From Rhodosorus marinus CCMP1338 (taxonomy: Eukaryota > Plantae > Rhodophyta), in contig JAMWBK010000010.1 in NCBI GenBank assembly GCA_029953675.1, positions 372,001-436,000 on the forward strand: a stretch of 64,000 nucleotides of DNA, in the 5' to 3' direction. Both the position numbers and the translations under genes were made by a program. Of this stretch, positions 62,824 to 64,000 are shown piece by piece (the stretch's first letter is position 1; every line of letters begins with the position of its first letter). The notes below the pieces were generated by a model. That model was given only the letters and a program-made list of their open reading frames with translations. It searched no databases and had not been told where the DNA came from.

Positions 62824-63241
62824 TATCATCGAAGCAGAATAGCACCAAAACTAACGAGATCCAAACAATGAAAGAAAGCAAGTTTCTCGTCATAATGCAT
62901 CCTGTCCACACTCTCAAACACCAAGCCATGTACACCTGCTCAGCGAACCCCGAAAGATGGAACATTGGTCATATTGAGCCACATTGGCCCGAACGAGCTA
63001 GGGCCAAATGAGCCAATGTTCCAGTTTTTATTTTTTTTGTACCATTGGCCATGTGAAGATGTCCACCTTGGCCCCAATTATTCTAAGAACATTGGCCTAA
63101 GGTACTACCCAGTTTGGCCCGGGCCAGGGGACGGATGTTTCATGGTGGAAGGTGTCTGCTAAGGACCTGACGGAGAAGGACGGGGCGTATTTTGTATAAA
63201 GGAATTTACTATTTTTGGTCATGATTTGACGATTAAATAGG

Positions 63242-64000
63242 ATGAAGTTTGTGTTGTCCTATGGTAAAGAGCGATGGGACGTTGACCTTGCTGAAGGATC
63301 ATCTGTGGGTGATCTCCGGTCGTTGGCGGTGGAAAAATGTGGTTTGGCTGAGGGCGAGTTTTCGATGATCTGCAAAGGCAAACGACTTCTCGATTCTGGA
63401 GCGCTCCCTTCCGCAAACAGTAGGATCATGATACTGTCAAAGAAAGTGGGGAGTACTGCCGAAAAGCCCAAGACGGAGGCAAACACACAGACGTTGTCGG
63501 AGCTCCTGGAGGAGAAGAAGTCAGAGGAGTCGGGAGAGCGACAGGCTGCAGAAATTGCTCCGGAAGGTTTTCATGTGGCTCTAACAATGCCAAAGGCGAG
63601 AAAAATTTACGTAGTTTGCGAGTTGTCGGACTCCTATGGACATCTTCGCGACAGGGCTGGGAAGGAGCTAGGCGTCAACCCGGCAAGCTTGAAGCTAATT
63701 TGGAAAGGGCGGGCGAGGGGGGACACAGAGACTCTAACATCCACGGGAGTGTCAAGAACGGGCACTAAGATTCTCGTGCTTTTCAGTGAGGGCTACTATG
63801 ATCAGCAGGAACGAACCGTCACTGTCGAGCAGCTGAAGTCAGAAGCCGCCAAAGCCGTGCAGAGCTCTTCCGCACTCCTCCGACAGTTCTCAAAGCGCCT
63901 TGTCGACAAGGAGGAGCTGCTCATTAGAACCCATGAAATCGAAACAGATCTGGAACGGCTATCCGATAACCTCAAACACAGCGATCCGGCCACAGCGGCT
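63242..64000 (+). CDS. Protein with two tandem ubiquitin-like domains then a helical (BAG-like?) region; runs off the window
   Basis: Open frame from ATG 63242 to window end: UBL1 (SVGDLR..MICKGKRL) and UBL2 (SYGHLR..LKLIWKGR..TKILV), then EQLKSEAAK..ELLIR..LERL. Confidence 0.75.
   Translation, partial: MKFVLSYGKERWDVDLAEGSSVGDLRSLAVEKCGLAEGEFSMICKGKRLLDSGALPSANSRIMILSKKVGSTAEKPKTEANTQTLSELLEEKKSEESGERQAAEIAPEGFHVALTMPKARKIYVVCELSDSYGHLRDRAGKELGVNPASLKLIWKGRARGDTETLTSTGVSRTGTKILVLFSEGYYDQQERTVTVEQLKSEAAKAVQSSSALLRQFSKRLVDKEELLIRTHEIETDLERLSDNLKHSDPATAA

Noticed and set aside
1-64000. tRNA (including tRNA-Sec), rRNA and spliceosomal snRNA genes
   Set aside because: No cloverleaf around GTTCGA-type hits (9131, 14183) and no U1/U2/U6 consensus seen by eye; tRNAscan-SE/Infernal would be needed to exclude them formally.

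Overview
Eukaryotic nuclear DNA from a compact, intron-containing genome (GT-AG introns mostly about 55-110 nt, AT-rich intergenic islands). The gene set (cycloartenol synthase, ZDS, plastid-type thioredoxin, DHAD) and transit peptides with an early Phe (MCAAFV, MIGFA, MGIGFI, MTNKVTGFV) point by inference to a red alga or close relative. About 20 protein genes can be reconstructed, separated by decayed Ty3/gypsy and possibly Mutator relics and several local repeats. The standout is a two-exon gene at 61970-62692 that the ORF track breaks up. Spliced, it encodes an AhpC/TSA-type thioredoxin-fold protein with two in-frame TGA codons in the redox motif (RHLS-U-LP-U-QRHV), the UxxU signature of selenoprotein L, followed by a type II SECIS-like hairpin at 62756-62823. 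Other highlights are a pre-miRNA-like hairpin in an oversized TyrRS intron, a TMEM181/Wntless-like plus lipase fusion, direct repeats flanking UBC12, and a YqaJ-like nuclease. All homology calls are by eye from remembered family motifs, not database searches.
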